DNA from: Alphaproteobacteria bacterium
GTDB taxonomy: Bacteria; Pseudomonadota; Alphaproteobacteria; Methylaequorales; Methylaequoraceae
Direction of reading: 5' to 3'
Assembly: GCA_045563055.1 (NCBI GenBank)
Contig: JBJKUR010000008.1
Location: 64,525-128,524, forward strand
Length of the DNA stretch: 64,000 nucleotides
Below are positions 9,340 to 20,037 of this stretch, in pieces (the stretch's first letter is position 1; each line of letters begins with the position of its first letter). Below the pieces are notes generated by a model. It did no database searches. It was not told the origin of the DNA and saw only the letters and a program-made list of their open reading frames with translations. Position numbers and translations under genes: made by a program.

Positions 9340-10505
9340 TTAATCAAATAAGGACTACTGGGAAAACAAATTAAATTATTGAATATATGATTAGTATTTC
9401 TCATTGACGTTCTCTGATAATTCTTGAAGTATTTTAAACTATGAAGTGGAACCCATATTGATTGTAAAGCAATGCCTTTTTTTTTTGCTTGTTTTATAAG
9501 TTTTTCTTTATCTATACTTTTTGATAAACATGCTGCAATTATCCAATAATTACTTACAGTATTATTTCTTTCTTTAAAGAACTTCAATTCTGATAAATCT
9601 TCAAAAATTTTAAAATATTTACTTGCTAGTTTCCTTTTGTTCTTAAGAAAACTATTAATTTTTTTGAATTGAGCAAGGCCAAGAGATGCATTTAAACCTG
9701 GCATTTTATAATTAAAACCAAGTTTACTATGAATTGTAATTCCTTTTTTCTTTTCCTTTGAAACGTTTATCATTAAGTTTGCTTCATTAGAATGATTTTT
9801 ATGATTAGTCATTATTGCTCCGCCACCAGCAGTTGTAATAATTTTATTTCCATTAAAACTTAAAGCTGAAATATCACCAAATGAACCAACGTGTTTGTTA
9901 TTATAAAATGTGCCTAGGCACTCTGTGGCGTCCTCTATTAATCTTAGATTATATTTTTTACAAATAGAACAAAGCTCTTCAATATTATTTGGCATGCCGT
10001 AAATATGCGTGGCTATTAATGCTTTAATTTTTTTTTTGGTCTCTTTATTATATAGATTGTTGTTTTTATAAAAAGTATTCTTTTTTAAAAAAACATTGAG
10101 ATTGTCTGGGCATATACCTAAACTATCCATTTCACAATCCACGAATATTGGCTTCGCATTGCAATACAAAACTACATTTGCTGTTGCAACAAACGTCAAA
10201 CTTGGAACAATAACTTCATCATCCTTTTGGATTCCCAGTGTTTGAAGACAAATATGCAAGGCACTAGTGCCAGAATTCGTTGCATGAACAAATTTTATTT
10301 TAGTAAAATTAGAAACTGATTTTTCAAAATCACGTATAAAATCATTATTAACTGTAGAGACAAGGCCGCTCTTCAAACATTTTTGAATATACTCTACTTC
10401 AGAATTATCAAAAAAAGGTTCATGAATAGATTCAGCCCTTTTTTTATTTTGCAAAAAGTTAAGCCTATTTAATATTTCTCCATGGATATTATTAGATTTA
10501 CTCAT
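9336..10505 (-). CDS. DegT/DnrJ/EryC1-family sugar aminotransferase (LegC/PseC-like)
   Basis: HATNSGTSALHICLQTLG and the PLP-lysine region SFNGNKIITTAGGGAI. Confidence 0.85.
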   Translation of the reverse strand: MSKSNNIHGEILNRLNFLQNKKRAESIHEPFFDNSEVEYIQKCLKSGLVSTVNNDFIRDFEKSVSNFTKIKFVHATNSGTSALHICLQTLGIQKDDEVIVPSLTFVATANVVLYCNAKPIFVDCEMDSLGICPDNLNVFLKKNTFYKNNNLYNKETKKKIKALIATHIYGMPNNIEELCSICKKYNLRLIEDATECLGTFYNNKHVGSFGDISALSFNGNKIITTAGGGAIMTNHKNHSNEANLMINVSKEKKKGITIHSKLGFNYKMPGLNASLGLAQFKKINSFLKNKRKLASKYFKIFEDLSELKFFKERNNTVSNYWIIAACLSKSIDKEKLIKQAKKKGIALQSIWVPLHSLKYFKNYQRTSMRNTNHIFNNLICFPSSPYLIK

Positions 10506-10507
10506 AA

Positions 10508-11503
10508 TTAAATTTGATAATCCTTACTTTCCATTCTTATTTTTTCTTTAAACCATTTGATTGTTTTTTTCATGCCTTCTTCAAATATAATTTTTGGATC
10601 ACTATTTTTTTTGTATAAACCCATATCTATAGACTTTTGGTTATCGCACAATAAATATTTGACTTCACTTTCTTTAGGTCTAATTCTTTTTTTTTCCTCT
10701 AAAATCTCAACTTCTTTTTTGGTTATTTTCATAACAATCTTAGCAACATCTCCAATACTTATTTTAAAGCCAGAGCCAATATTAATTATCTGACCTTCTA
10801 TATTTTTTAGTTCAATAACTTTAGAAATTGATTCAACAGAATCTTCTACATAGTTAAAATCTCTTTCTGGCCATAGGGAACCCAGTCTAATTTTATTATT
10901 TGTGGAAGATAATATTTGATTAATTATACTTGATATCACCGCTCTTTGTGATTGTCTTGGACCAAAAACATTAAATGGTCTTAAAATAACTATTGGTGAT
11001 TTAAAAGAATTGTAAAAACTTAGTGTAAGTTGATCAGAAGCAATTTTTGAAGCCGCATAGGGCGATTGCGCATAAAGTGGGTGCGTTTCTTTAATAGGAA
11101 TAGTTTCTGGAGTTCCATAAACCTCGCTGGTTGAGAATTGAATAAATCTTTTAATTTTGAACAAGTTAGAAGCTTTTAAAAGGTTTAATGTACCTTTTAC
11201 ATTTACATCTAAATAACTTTCCGGTGCGAGGTATGAGTAAGGAATTCCAATTAATGCTGCCAAATTAAAAACTACATCACATCCTTTGATGAAATTTTCA
11301 CATATTGAGTAATCTCTAATATCTCCAAATGTGATATCTAATTTTTTTTTGTTAGAATAATCAATTTCATTTAGCCAACCCGAAAAATTATTTGAATTAT
11401 ATTTAACAAGTGCTTTAACTCTATAACCTTTTTTTAACAAGTTCTCGGTGAGGTGGGAACCTATAAAGCCAGATGCTCCGGTAATTCCAATAAAAGGTTT
11501 CAT
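10508..11503 (-). CDS. NAD-dependent nucleotide-sugar 4,6-dehydratase/epimerase (extended SDR)
   Basis: ITGASGFIGSHLTENLL (GxxGxxG) and the YAASKIASD catalytic YxxxK. Confidence 0.85.
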   Translation of the reverse strand: MKPFIGITGASGFIGSHLTENLLKKGYRVKALVKYNSNNFSGWLNEIDYSNKKKLDITFGDIRDYSICENFIKGCDVVFNLAALIGIPYSYLAPESYLDVNVKGTLNLLKASNLFKIKRFIQFSTSEVYGTPETIPIKETHPLYAQSPYAASKIASDQLTLSFYNSFKSPIVILRPFNVFGPRQSQRAVISSIINQILSSTNNKIRLGSLWPERDFNYVEDSVESISKVIELKNIEGQIINIGSGFKISIGDVAKIVMKITKKEVEILEEKKRIRPKESEVKYLLCDNQKSIDMGLYKKNSDPKIIFEEGMKKTIKWFKEKIRMESKDYQI

Positions 11504-11568
11504 TGTCAGTAGCTTTAATTAATTATTAAAAAACATTTTAAATGTTAATGCAAATGTAATATATACTA

Positions 11569-12858
11569 TTGATAAAAATAATAAACTCAGAAGTTTCAAT
11601 ATTGCAAAATAATTCACCACATGAAAGCTTAGGTTTACCAAAACAAGTCCTCTATTGTAAAAAATGTGTAATATCAAATCAAAGACCTAATTCAGCCATC
11701 GAGTATAAAAATAAAGTTAACTCCAAAAAAACGACAATTAATTTTGATTCAGATGGTGTGTGTGATGCATGCAACTTTGCTTTACAAAAAAAAAAAATTG
11801 ATTGGAACGAAAGAGAAAAAGAACTTTTAGATTTATGCAATCAATATAGAAGGTCTGATGGAAAGTATGATTGCCTCGTTCCTGGTTCTGGAGGTAAAGA
11901 TAGTTTCTTTACTTCGTATCTCTTAAAATATAAATATAAAATGAATCCTTTAACAGTTACATGGGCACCACACATGTATACTAAATGGGGTTGGAGTAAT
12001 TTTCAGAAATGGATTCATAGTGGTTTTGATAATATTCTAGTTACACCTAATGGGAAAGTACACAGACTTCTAACTAGGTTGGCATTGGAAAATCTGCTTC
12101 ATCCATTCCAACCTTTCATGCTTGGACAAAAAAATATAGCACCAAAAATTGCCTTAAATAATGATATTAAATTAATTTTTTATGGTGAGAATGAGGCTGA
12201 GTATGGGAACCCCATTCAGAATAATAAATCAGCGGAGTTTAGAAAAGATTTTTTCAGTTCAGATGATTTATCTTCAATTTTTCTATCTGGAGAAAGTATA
12301 GAAAATTTGAAAAAAAACTATAAATTTTCAGATTTTGACCTACAACCATACATACCTGAGTCTAAAGCGCTGGTAGAAGAAAAAAAAATTAATTACAAAT
12401 ATCTAGGTTATTTTGTCAAATGGCATCCTCAAGAATGTTATTACTTTGCTGTTGAAAATGGCGGATTTGAAGCCTCACCCGAAAGAACATGTGGAACCTA
12501 TAGCAAATATAATAGTATTGATGATAAACTTGATGATCTTCATTATTTCACTCTTTTTATAAAATTTGGAATAGGGAGAGCTACCTATGATTGTTCACAA
12601 GAGATAAGGAACGAAGAAATAACAAGGGATGAGGGGGTTTCACTTGTAAAACAATATGATGGCGAATATCCTGAAAGGTTCATGAACGAAATAATCAACT
12701 ATCTAGACGTTTCAGACCTTGCAAAATATTTTGATGTTAAAAAAATTCCTTTGATGACAAGAAAGTATCTAGATGAACTCTGCGATAAATTCAGGTCACC
12801 ACATATTTGGCATAAAGTTCAAAATAAATGGATTCTTAATAAAACTGTATGGAAATAA
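11569..12858 (+). CDS. N-acetyl-sugar amidotransferase (WbpG/PseA-like PP-loop enzyme)
   Basis: N-terminal Cys cluster CKKCVISNQRPN..CDACNF and the PP-loop VPGSGGKDS. The track start is TTG, so the exact start is uncertain. Confidence 0.8.
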   Translation: MIKIINSEVSILQNNSPHESLGLPKQVLYCKKCVISNQRPNSAIEYKNKVNSKKTTINFDSDGVCDACNFALQKKKIDWNEREKELLDLCNQYRRSDGKYDCLVPGSGGKDSFFTSYLLKYKYKMNPLTVTWAPHMYTKWGWSNFQKWIHSGFDNILVTPNGKVHRLLTRLALENLLHPFQPFMLGQKNIAPKIALNNDIKLIFYGENEAEYGNPIQNNKSAEFRKDFFSSDDLSSIFLSGESIENLKKNYKFSDFDLQPYIPESKALVEEKKINYKYLGYFVKWHPQECYYFAVENGGFEASPERTCGTYSKYNSIDDKLDDLHYFTLFIKFGIGRATYDCSQEIRNEEITRDEGVSLVKQYDGEYPERFMNEIINYLDVSDLAKYFDVKKIPLMTRKYLDELCDKFRSPHIWHKVQNKWILNKTVWK

Positions 12859-12859
12859 A

Positions 12860-13618
12860 TTGAAAAATCTAAGAATTATTGCAAGATTAGATATCAAAGG
12901 TCAAAATTTGATAAAAGGGATTCAGCTAGAGGGTCTAAGAAAACTTGGAAATCCTTTTGACTACGCCAAAAAGTATTTTGACTCAGGGATTGATGAAATA
13001 ATTTATCTTGATACAGTAGCTAGTCTTTATCAGAGAGACTCGTTGATGAATATCATCAAAGATACAACTAATAATATTTTCATACCCTTTACAGTCTGTG
13101 GCGGCATAAGAAGTGAAAACGATGTTGAAAAAATTTTATATAGTGGGGCCGATAAAATAGGTATTAACTCTGCAGCAATCAAAGAACCAGATATTCTAAA
13201 TAAAGTGGCAAAAAAGTTTGGGTCGCAATGCGTGACTTTATCTATTGAAGCAAAAAGAAATGAAATCGGTTGGGAAGCACTCTTTAATTCTGGAAGAGAA
13301 AAAAGTGGTCTTGACGTCCTAGAATGGATAAGAAAAGCAGAAGACCTGGGTGCTGGAGAGATTTTATTAACTTCTGTCGATAAAGATGGGGCAAGAAAAG
13401 GATTTGACTTAGATCTTGCAGAGGAGACATCGAATATTACTAAGATTCCAATTATTTTATCAGGAGGTTTAGGGAATATAAAACATTTAAAAAAGTTATT
13501 TGAAAGGGCTGACCCCGATGCGATAGCAATTGCAAGTGCTTTTCATTATGATGATTTATCGATAGATCAAGTTAAAAAGTTCTGTATAAATTCAAATAAA
13601 AATATTAGAAATATATGA
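12860..13618 (+). CDS. imidazole-glycerol-phosphate-synthase cyclase-subunit paralog (HisF-like, glycan amidination partner)
   Basis: ..RIIARLDIKGQNLIKG..; ..GADKIGINSAA..; ..EILLTSVDKDG..SGG are HisF hallmarks. I place the start at TTG 12860, 1 nt after the upstream stop, giving 252 aa. The track ORF begins at 12773 inside the upstream gene. Confidence 0.8.
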   Translation: MKNLRIIARLDIKGQNLIKGIQLEGLRKLGNPFDYAKKYFDSGIDEIIYLDTVASLYQRDSLMNIIKDTTNNIFIPFTVCGGIRSENDVEKILYSGADKIGINSAAIKEPDILNKVAKKFGSQCVTLSIEAKRNEIGWEALFNSGREKSGLDVLEWIRKAEDLGAGEILLTSVDKDGARKGFDLDLAEETSNITKIPIILSGGLGNIKHLKKLFERADPDAIAIASAFHYDDLSIDQVKKFCINSNKNIRNI

Positions 13619-14277
13619 AACCAAAATTAGTAATAATAGACTACGGAATTGGTAACTTAAAAAGTTTAGAACAAGTTATAAAATATTTTGGAATAACTCC
13701 AATTAGAACAAAAGAAGAAAATATTATTATGGATGCAAGTCATGTCATTTTACCTGGAGTTGGAGCTTTCGGCCATTGTGTAGACAAATTACATAAACTT
13801 CAATTAATTAAAACAATTAAAGATTACATCAATTCTGAAAAATATTTCTTAGGAATATGTGTCGGAATGCAACTTTTATTTTCAAGGAGCTTTGAGTTTG
13901 GAGAAAACAACGGATTAAATATTATAAAAGGCGATGTTATCAAAATTAACTCTGATAAATTTAAAAATGAGATCAAGTTACCTCATATTGGTTGGAACAA
14001 AGTTTTTCATCCATTAAAAAATGAAGTTTGGAATAATTCTATTTTCAAAGATTTTGACAATGATTTCTACCAATATTTTGTTCATTCCTTCTATCCAGAT
14101 GTTGAAGATAAGCATAATATTATTGGTTATATAAATTATTATGATCAAGTTTTGCCAGTGGCTATAAAAAAAAAAAACGTGTACGGTTTTCAATTCCATC
14201 CAGAAAAAAGTGGAAGACATGGTTTAAAAATTTTAGAAAATTTCTTGCAATTAGATACCGATAGAATAAAAACTTAA
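13615..14277 (+). CDS. glutamine amidotransferase subunit paralog (HisH-like)
   Basis: VIIDYGIGNLKSL, catalytic GICVGMQLLF and FQFHPEKS. Overlaps the HisF-like gene by 4 nt. Confidence 0.85.
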   Translation: MKPKLVIIDYGIGNLKSLEQVIKYFGITPIRTKEENIIMDASHVILPGVGAFGHCVDKLHKLQLIKTIKDYINSEKYFLGICVGMQLLFSRSFEFGENNGLNIIKGDVIKINSDKFKNEIKLPHIGWNKVFHPLKNEVWNNSIFKDFDNDFYQYFVHSFYPDVEDKHNIIGYINYYDQVLPVAIKKKNVYGFQFHPEKSGRHGLKILENFLQLDTDRIKT

Positions 14278-14373
14278 CCATAGTGCGATGATGATTTGAG
14301 TGAATAAACTAAAAAAAAAAATTGAGAAAAAACCCTTAGCATGAATATAAGTTTATCAATCCATCAAAGAAAA

Positions 14374-15060
14374 CTATGTTTTTTCAACTACATAAAAGTT
14401 TGTTCCTGATTTCTTAAGTATTTTGATTTGAAAAAATTCGTTAAAGTTCAAAAGAAAAAAAGGAAAATAAGAAATATTTTTCCGTATAAAACTATATAAT
14501 CTATTCTCAGCACCCTCCATAGATTTCAAACGTGTGTGGAAATCATAATTCTCTTTAAATATGATCTTGAATTTGTTGAAATTTTTATATTTTTGTAATT
14601 CATCAATCTCTATCGGCATATTAAAGAGAAATCTACCTCCTTTGTTTAAAATATTATGAATGTTAAGAAAAATTTTATCTAAATCTTGAATATTTCGAGC
14701 TGCACCAAGGACCCTTAAAGTTATAACATTGTCAAATTTTTTTTTATGTTTAATGCTCTCAAGAAAACTGATTTTAAATCTAGGACTGATTTCCGGGTTT
14801 CTTTGTTTTGCTAATTTTATATACTCTTTACAAATATCATAACCCCAAACTTCATGAGTATTTAAGAAGTTTTTATAGATTCGCCCGGTTCCTATTGGAA
14901 AATCAAGGATTGTGCCCTTCTTAACGAATTTTTGTAGAAACCTTAAATCTAACTTCAATCTAAATTCTTCCAACTTATTTTCGAGTGAGTTTGAATTCTG
15001 TATTGCTTCGTGTTCACTTAAATTTTTAAAATGAATTGAGTATTCAGAAAGTTTAATCAT
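14374..15060 (-). CDS. class I SAM-dependent methyltransferase
   Basis: Motif I-like ILDFPIGTGRIY and the post-I acidic residue. Confidence 0.6.
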   Translation of the reverse strand: MIKLSEYSIHFKNLSEHEAIQNSNSLENKLEEFRLKLDLRFLQKFVKKGTILDFPIGTGRIYKNFLNTHEVWGYDICKEYIKLAKQRNPEISPRFKISFLESIKHKKKFDNVITLRVLGAARNIQDLDKIFLNIHNILNKGGRFLFNMPIEIDELQKYKNFNKFKIIFKENYDFHTRLKSMEGAENRLYSFIRKNISYFPFFLLNFNEFFQIKILKKSGTNFYVVEKT

Positions 15061-15183
15061 AGTTATTTCTAAACCAATTTTAGTTTTAAATGAATAGTTT
15101 TTATTTATAAAGTTTGGTAATTAGTTACCTATATAAATTATTACTATCCTTTTTTTCAATATAATTATATAAGAGATCACATT

Positions 15184-16494
15184 ATGATCTTGACCTCAAA
15201 ATTTAAAGAACTTCTAAAAAAAATTCTGAGTACTCAGTTATTTTCATTAATTTTTTCAAGATATTTTTATTTTAAGTTAAAAAATATTTCAACATCAAAG
15301 AATACCTCAAAAAATATAATTATTTTTAATGACTATAGATGTAGAGAGGATATCGAAGTCTATTTAAAGAATTCTAAATTAAAAATTTTTACTGCACCTA
15401 TAAATCTATTAGAACTGGTAGAAGCTATTTTTTTTAGTAAATCAATGCCATATGCAACATACTTTTTAGAAAAAGATACCGACTTACTAAAAGCAAGAAG
15501 TAGAAAAAGAATTTTTCTAGAGAGAACTATTTTATTTCTTAAAAGAAAAAAAATTGACTGTATAGTCTCTCCGTCTGTTCAATATAGACTAGATCAGGAT
15601 TGGGCATTTGTTTGTAAAAAATTAAAATTAAATTTTATTTGTGTTCACAAAGAATTCACAGTAATGGACGAAAAAGTCTATAAACATCAAATTAATAGAT
15701 TTAAGGAGCAAAAACTCAAATACCTTGGTACTAAAATCCTTATGACAAATAATTTAGGGAAAAAATTATTTACAGAAACAAATTTTTGTAAAGAATCTCA
15801 AATTAATGTTATTGGTTCGTTGCGAATGGATAGAATTTTACCGGTAAAAGAAAATAAGAAAAGAAATGGAGACTGTGTAACACTTTTCTCTTTTGGACAT
15901 TTAAGTGGAGGAATTGGTTTTGATGATTTGCCAGAGTCTATTAGGCATAAATATATTAAATATCATTATTTTAGCAATGAAAATTATGGGTTTGTGAAAC
16001 TATTTAATAATGTTCATTCTATATTTGCGAAATGTGCACTTAAAAACCCAAAAAAAAAATTCATTATAAAAATTAAAAATATAAATGATATTACTTGGAA
16101 GACCCAGATAAAAGAGACTATCGAAAATGCATTAAAAATAAAGTTTAGTGATATTAAAAATCTAAGTTTCTCAGATAAGCAAGCGCCAGATTTAATCAAA
16201 TTATCAGAAGTAGTTATTGGTTTTAACTCAACAGTTTTATTAGAGGCTATTATATTAAATACAAAAACTATCATTCCAGTTTTTGATGAAGCTAGTAAAA
16301 AATTGAAAGAGTTTGTTTATTTTAGAAAATATTTTAATTTATTTAAAGTTGCGAAATCACATAAAGAATTTGAAAAACTTCTTTCTTCTCCATTTCACTT
16401 TAAGATGAATAAAAGAAAACAAAATGAAATGATTGAAAAATTTCTTGGTTTTTCAGATGGAAAAAGTTTGGACAGGTTTTCAAATTCATTATAA
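15184..16494 (+). CDS. hypothetical protein, possible GT-B-like surface-carbohydrate transferase
   Basis: 436 aa. Only weak cues, namely a C-terminal ..VVIGFNSTVLLEAIILNTKTIIPVF.. Rossmann-like strand-helix typical of GT-B C-domains. Function not established. Confidence 0.35.
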   Translation: MILTSKFKELLKKILSTQLFSLIFSRYFYFKLKNISTSKNTSKNIIIFNDYRCREDIEVYLKNSKLKIFTAPINLLELVEAIFFSKSMPYATYFLEKDTDLLKARSRKRIFLERTILFLKRKKIDCIVSPSVQYRLDQDWAFVCKKLKLNFICVHKEFTVMDEKVYKHQINRFKEQKLKYLGTKILMTNNLGKKLFTETNFCKESQINVIGSLRMDRILPVKENKKRNGDCVTLFSFGHLSGGIGFDDLPESIRHKYIKYHYFSNENYGFVKLFNNVHSIFAKCALKNPKKKFIIKIKNINDITWKTQIKETIENALKIKFSDIKNLSFSDKQAPDLIKLSEVVIGFNSTVLLEAIILNTKTIIPVFDEASKKLKEFVYFRKYFNLFKVAKSHKEFEKLLSSPFHFKMNKRKQNEMIEKFLGFSDGKSLDRFSNSL

Positions 16495-16643
16495 CCTTTT
16501 TAAATTTAATTTTGTTAGTTTGATTATAAAGGTTTAATATGTTCTAAAAATTATTATGAACCATTACTCTTAATTATAGATGATAGGAATCGACATATCT
16601 AATATATTCAAAATTCGAATACATAAATTTTCTGGAGAAATGA

Positions 16644-17348
16644 ATGGCAAAATATAAAGACGTAAGTACATACTTAGAAGAGGATCATTATAAAAATCCA
16701 AAGGAATATTTTAAGATCTTTGCCGAAAAAATTGCAAAAAGAAAGCACCATCCGATTGATTTTCTGGATGTCGGATGTGCGACAGGGTCACTAATAAACT
16801 TTCTAAATCATAAATATCCTAATTGGAATTATTCAGCTGTAGAGCCTTCAAAAGATATGATAAATATTGCAAAAAGAAATAATAAAAAAGCAAACTTTTA
16901 TCATACAGATATTAATAAATTTGTAAGTAAAGAAAAATTTGACTTAATATCCCTTTTCGGTGTACTAGGAATTTTTAATTTTGATGAAGGTAAGAATATA
17001 ATTGGAAAATTAATAAAAATGTTAAAAACCAATGGTGAATTATTCATATTATCCAATTTCAATGATTATGACGTTGATGTACTTATTAATCATAGAAAAT
17101 ACAATAAAAATAGATTAGGTGATATTGAGAGTGGATGGAATATTTACTCAAAGAAAACTATTGGGAGAATCCTTGAAAAAAAAAGAGTTTCTTATAAGTT
17201 TTATAATTTTACAATGCCATTTCAGATTTTTAAAAAAAAAGATCCGATAAGGTCTTGGACAATAGAGATTAAAGATAAGAGATACTTAACAAATGGTTTA
17301 GGACTAATCATAAGTTTAAAGTTTTTAAGAATAATTAAAAAAAGTTGA
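16644..17348 (+). CDS. class I SAM-dependent methyltransferase
   Basis: FLDVGCATGSLINFL (motif I) and ..DLISLFGVLG... Confidence 0.7.
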   Translation: MAKYKDVSTYLEEDHYKNPKEYFKIFAEKIAKRKHHPIDFLDVGCATGSLINFLNHKYPNWNYSAVEPSKDMINIAKRNNKKANFYHTDINKFVSKEKFDLISLFGVLGIFNFDEGKNIIGKLIKMLKTNGELFILSNFNDYDVDVLINHRKYNKNRLGDIESGWNIYSKKTIGRILEKKRVSYKFYNFTMPFQIFKKKDPIRSWTIEIKDKRYLTNGLGLIISLKFLRIIKKS

Positions 17349-17470
17349 AAGTGATATTGAATAATATAATGATAAAGTTTTACAATAATCATTTATGAAT
17401 TTTTACTAAAAAAAGAAGGTCCATTTAAATCACAAAATTTAAGATTTTTATAAATTTAAACCAATTTAAA

Positions 17471-18511
17471 ATGCTCAAAAAAATTATAGTTCAGAAAAAC
17501 TCAACAATTAATAAGGCCATTCAAATTTTAGACAAATTCTACGATCTTAAAATTGTACTTGTCGTAGATCATGACTCCAAATTAATTGGAACTATTACCG
17601 ATGGTGATGTGAGAAGAGGATTATTAAAGGGTTTTGGTACAAACGATAAAGTAGAAAAAATTATGTTTAAAAATTTTAGATTTTTAACAGAGGAGAAAAT
17701 AACAGAAAAAGAGATTCAGAAGCTAAAAAAAATGGATGTAAAACAAATACCTATTTTAAATAAAAAAAAAAATGTTTTGAAGGTTCTTAAATTAGATGAA
17801 ATTAATTCTGAAACAAAAAAAGATATTGTGATTTTTATGATGGCAGGAGGATTTGGAAAAAGACTTAAACCTATCACTGATAAAATTCCTAAACCGCTTG
17901 TTACTATTGATTCAAAACCTATCATTAAAATCCTTATAGAAAATTTCCTTAGCTGCGGTTTTTTTAATTTTTATATTTCTGTTTTTTTTAAATCACAAGA
18001 TATCAAAAAATACTTAGGTAATGGTTCTAAAAGTTACTCTATTAAATATATAGAAGAAAAAAATCCTTTGGGGACTGCTGGATCATTATCAAAAATAAAA
18101 AATATAAGTTTTAAGGGTCCAATAATTGTTATTAACGCGGATATAATAACAAGCATAGATTTTAACGAGCTCTTAAACTATCATAAAAAGAATAATGCTG
18201 ATATAACGGTATGTGTAAGGCAGTATACAATGAACATTCCTTTTGGAGTTTTAGAATCCAAAAATAAAAGGGTAAGTTCAATAAATGAAAAACCAAGCAA
18301 ACATTTCTGGGTGAATGCTGGTATTTATGTTTTTGAGAAAGAAATAATCAAAAAGATTCAGTCAAACAAAAAAATTGATATGCCAGATTTAATAAATAGT
18401 TTAGCAAAAAATAAAAAGGTTGTACCCTTCCCAATTTTTGAAAATTGGCATGATATTGGACAAATGAAAGAACTTATTGAAGTAAGAAAATTATACTCTA
18501 AAAAGGACTAG
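17471..18511 (+). CDS. CBS-domain sugar-phosphate nucleotidyltransferase (PtmE-like)
   Basis: N-terminal CBS pair (..LIGTITDGDVRRGLL..) followed by MMAGGFGKRLKPITDKIPKPLV, an NTP_transferase G-x-G-x-R-L motif. Confidence 0.8.
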   Translation: MLKKIIVQKNSTINKAIQILDKFYDLKIVLVVDHDSKLIGTITDGDVRRGLLKGFGTNDKVEKIMFKNFRFLTEEKITEKEIQKLKKMDVKQIPILNKKKNVLKVLKLDEINSETKKDIVIFMMAGGFGKRLKPITDKIPKPLVTIDSKPIIKILIENFLSCGFFNFYISVFFKSQDIKKYLGNGSKSYSIKYIEEKNPLGTAGSLSKIKNISFKGPIIVINADIITSIDFNELLNYHKKNNADITVCVRQYTMNIPFGVLESKNKRVSSINEKPSKHFWVNAGIYVFEKEIIKKIQSNKKIDMPDLINSLAKNKKVVPFPIFENWHDIGQMKELIEVRKLYSKKD

Positions 18512-18514
18512 AAG

Positions 18515-19828
18515 ATGATCCTATTTTTTCCAAGACATGAGAGTTCATATAAAAAGATGACTGACTTGATGGAATATCTTAAATGTTTTTCTGAAGAAAA
18601 AAAAATGCTTATAGTGAGTGGAAGTAAGTTAAAAATACCAGAAAAAAATATTTTAAGAATTCAAAAAAATAAAATTAATGATCCTTTTGAAAAGTTGGAA
18701 AACTTCCAAATGTCAATATCTGAATACTTAAAATCAAAAAGATTTTGTAACTTTTTGTTTAATTGCTTATTTGTAGATATTTTGAAAATTCTTTATTTAG
18801 TAAATGTATACTCAAAGCAAAAAAGTTATTTAAAAAATTTTTTAATAAATAACAATGTTAAATATATTTTTTTAACTGGAGACAGAGAATTAGGCTTGAC
18901 ACCACCTCTGATTAAAGCTGCAAATCAACTTAAAATTAAAGTGATAGTTTATTCTACTCTATCAATGAGTGTTCATAATTTAGGCTTGCAAAGAAAATAT
19001 AAATCACATTCACCAAAAGTTAAATTTGGAAATAATATTTTAAATATGCTTGTGGGATTTCTTTTACCTTTGCAAACTTATAAAACTAAGTATGGTTTAT
19101 TTTTATTCTCAAAAGGATGGGTAACGATAGCCCTAAAGATTTTGAGGATGTTGCCTCTCAAACCATGGATCCAAGGAGGAGGTAACTCTGATTTAATTTT
19201 TGTGGAAAATAGAGATAGTTTTTTAACTCTCAAAAAATTTGGAATAGATAAAACCAAAATAAAATTAATTGAAAATATTGAGTATTTAAGAACAAAAAAC
19301 TCGAAATTTAGGAAGAAGAATAAAAGAATTATTTTATTTGCCGTTCCTATTTATTTTGAGCATAAATTTATTAGTTGGAAAAAACACGAGTTTGAACTTA
19401 GAAAATATTTTAGTATTTTATCCGATTACTCAAAAGATGTTTTATTTTCTTTTCATCCAAAATCAAAAATAAAAAATTATGAATTCATATTTAGAGATTA
19501 TGGCTTTAAAAAAGAAATCGTGTCTGTAACTGATGTAATTTCAAAAACGGATTTATATATCTGTGGTAGTTCAAGTACTATTAATCTCTCAGTCATTCAT
19601 CAAAAACCTACAATTAATTTATGTTATGTATCAAGTGCCGATGAAGAGTTTCATTATAAAAAAATTAAATTTGTAAAGAATGTTAAAAATAAAATGCAAT
19701 TCAAAAATTTACTTGAGATGCCTAATAGTGATTGGAAAAAATTAATAAAAGAATCAACCAGACATTTAACAAACTTTCTTCCATACGAAAAAAAAATTCA
19801 TACTCACTTAAAGCATATTATAAAGTAA
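18515..19828 (+). CDS. hypothetical protein, possible GT-B-like surface-carbohydrate transferase
   Basis: 437 aa. The ..IILFAVPIYFEH.. and ..TDLYICGSSSTINLSVIHQKPTINL.. patterns resemble C-domains of capsule/teichoic-type transferases. Function not established. Confidence 0.35.
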   Translation: MILFFPRHESSYKKMTDLMEYLKCFSEEKKMLIVSGSKLKIPEKNILRIQKNKINDPFEKLENFQMSISEYLKSKRFCNFLFNCLFVDILKILYLVNVYSKQKSYLKNFLINNNVKYIFLTGDRELGLTPPLIKAANQLKIKVIVYSTLSMSVHNLGLQRKYKSHSPKVKFGNNILNMLVGFLLPLQTYKTKYGLFLFSKGWVTIALKILRMLPLKPWIQGGGNSDLIFVENRDSFLTLKKFGIDKTKIKLIENIEYLRTKNSKFRKKNKRIILFAVPIYFEHKFISWKKHEFELRKYFSILSDYSKDVLFSFHPKSKIKNYEFIFRDYGFKKEIVSVTDVISKTDLYICGSSSTINLSVIHQKPTINLCYVSSADEEFHYKKIKFVKNVKNKMQFKNLLEMPNSDWKKLIKESTRHLTNFLPYEKKIHTHLKHIIK

Positions 19829-20037
19829 ATATGAAAATTTACTTTATAATAATTCTATAGATTGTCAGGTAAAGTTTATTGCCAATAATATAAAAATAAA
19901 ATTCTATTTATATACAATGATTATTAATAATTAGATAGTTAAGAAATTAATTTTCAGATATATTTTATATAAATCACAAGAATACAAAAGTTTTAAAAAT
20001 TATAGATCAAACTTAATAAATCTTTATAAACAATATC

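Noticed and set aside
12773-12859. N-terminal extensions offered by the ORF track for the HisF-like gene (12773), the YbbP-like permease (36418) and the second cytidylyltransferase (23198).
   Set aside because: The extensions lie inside the preceding genes and add non-homologous residues. Starts at 12860 (TTG), 36466 (ATG) and 23222 (ATG) give family-typical N-termini and stop/start junctions.
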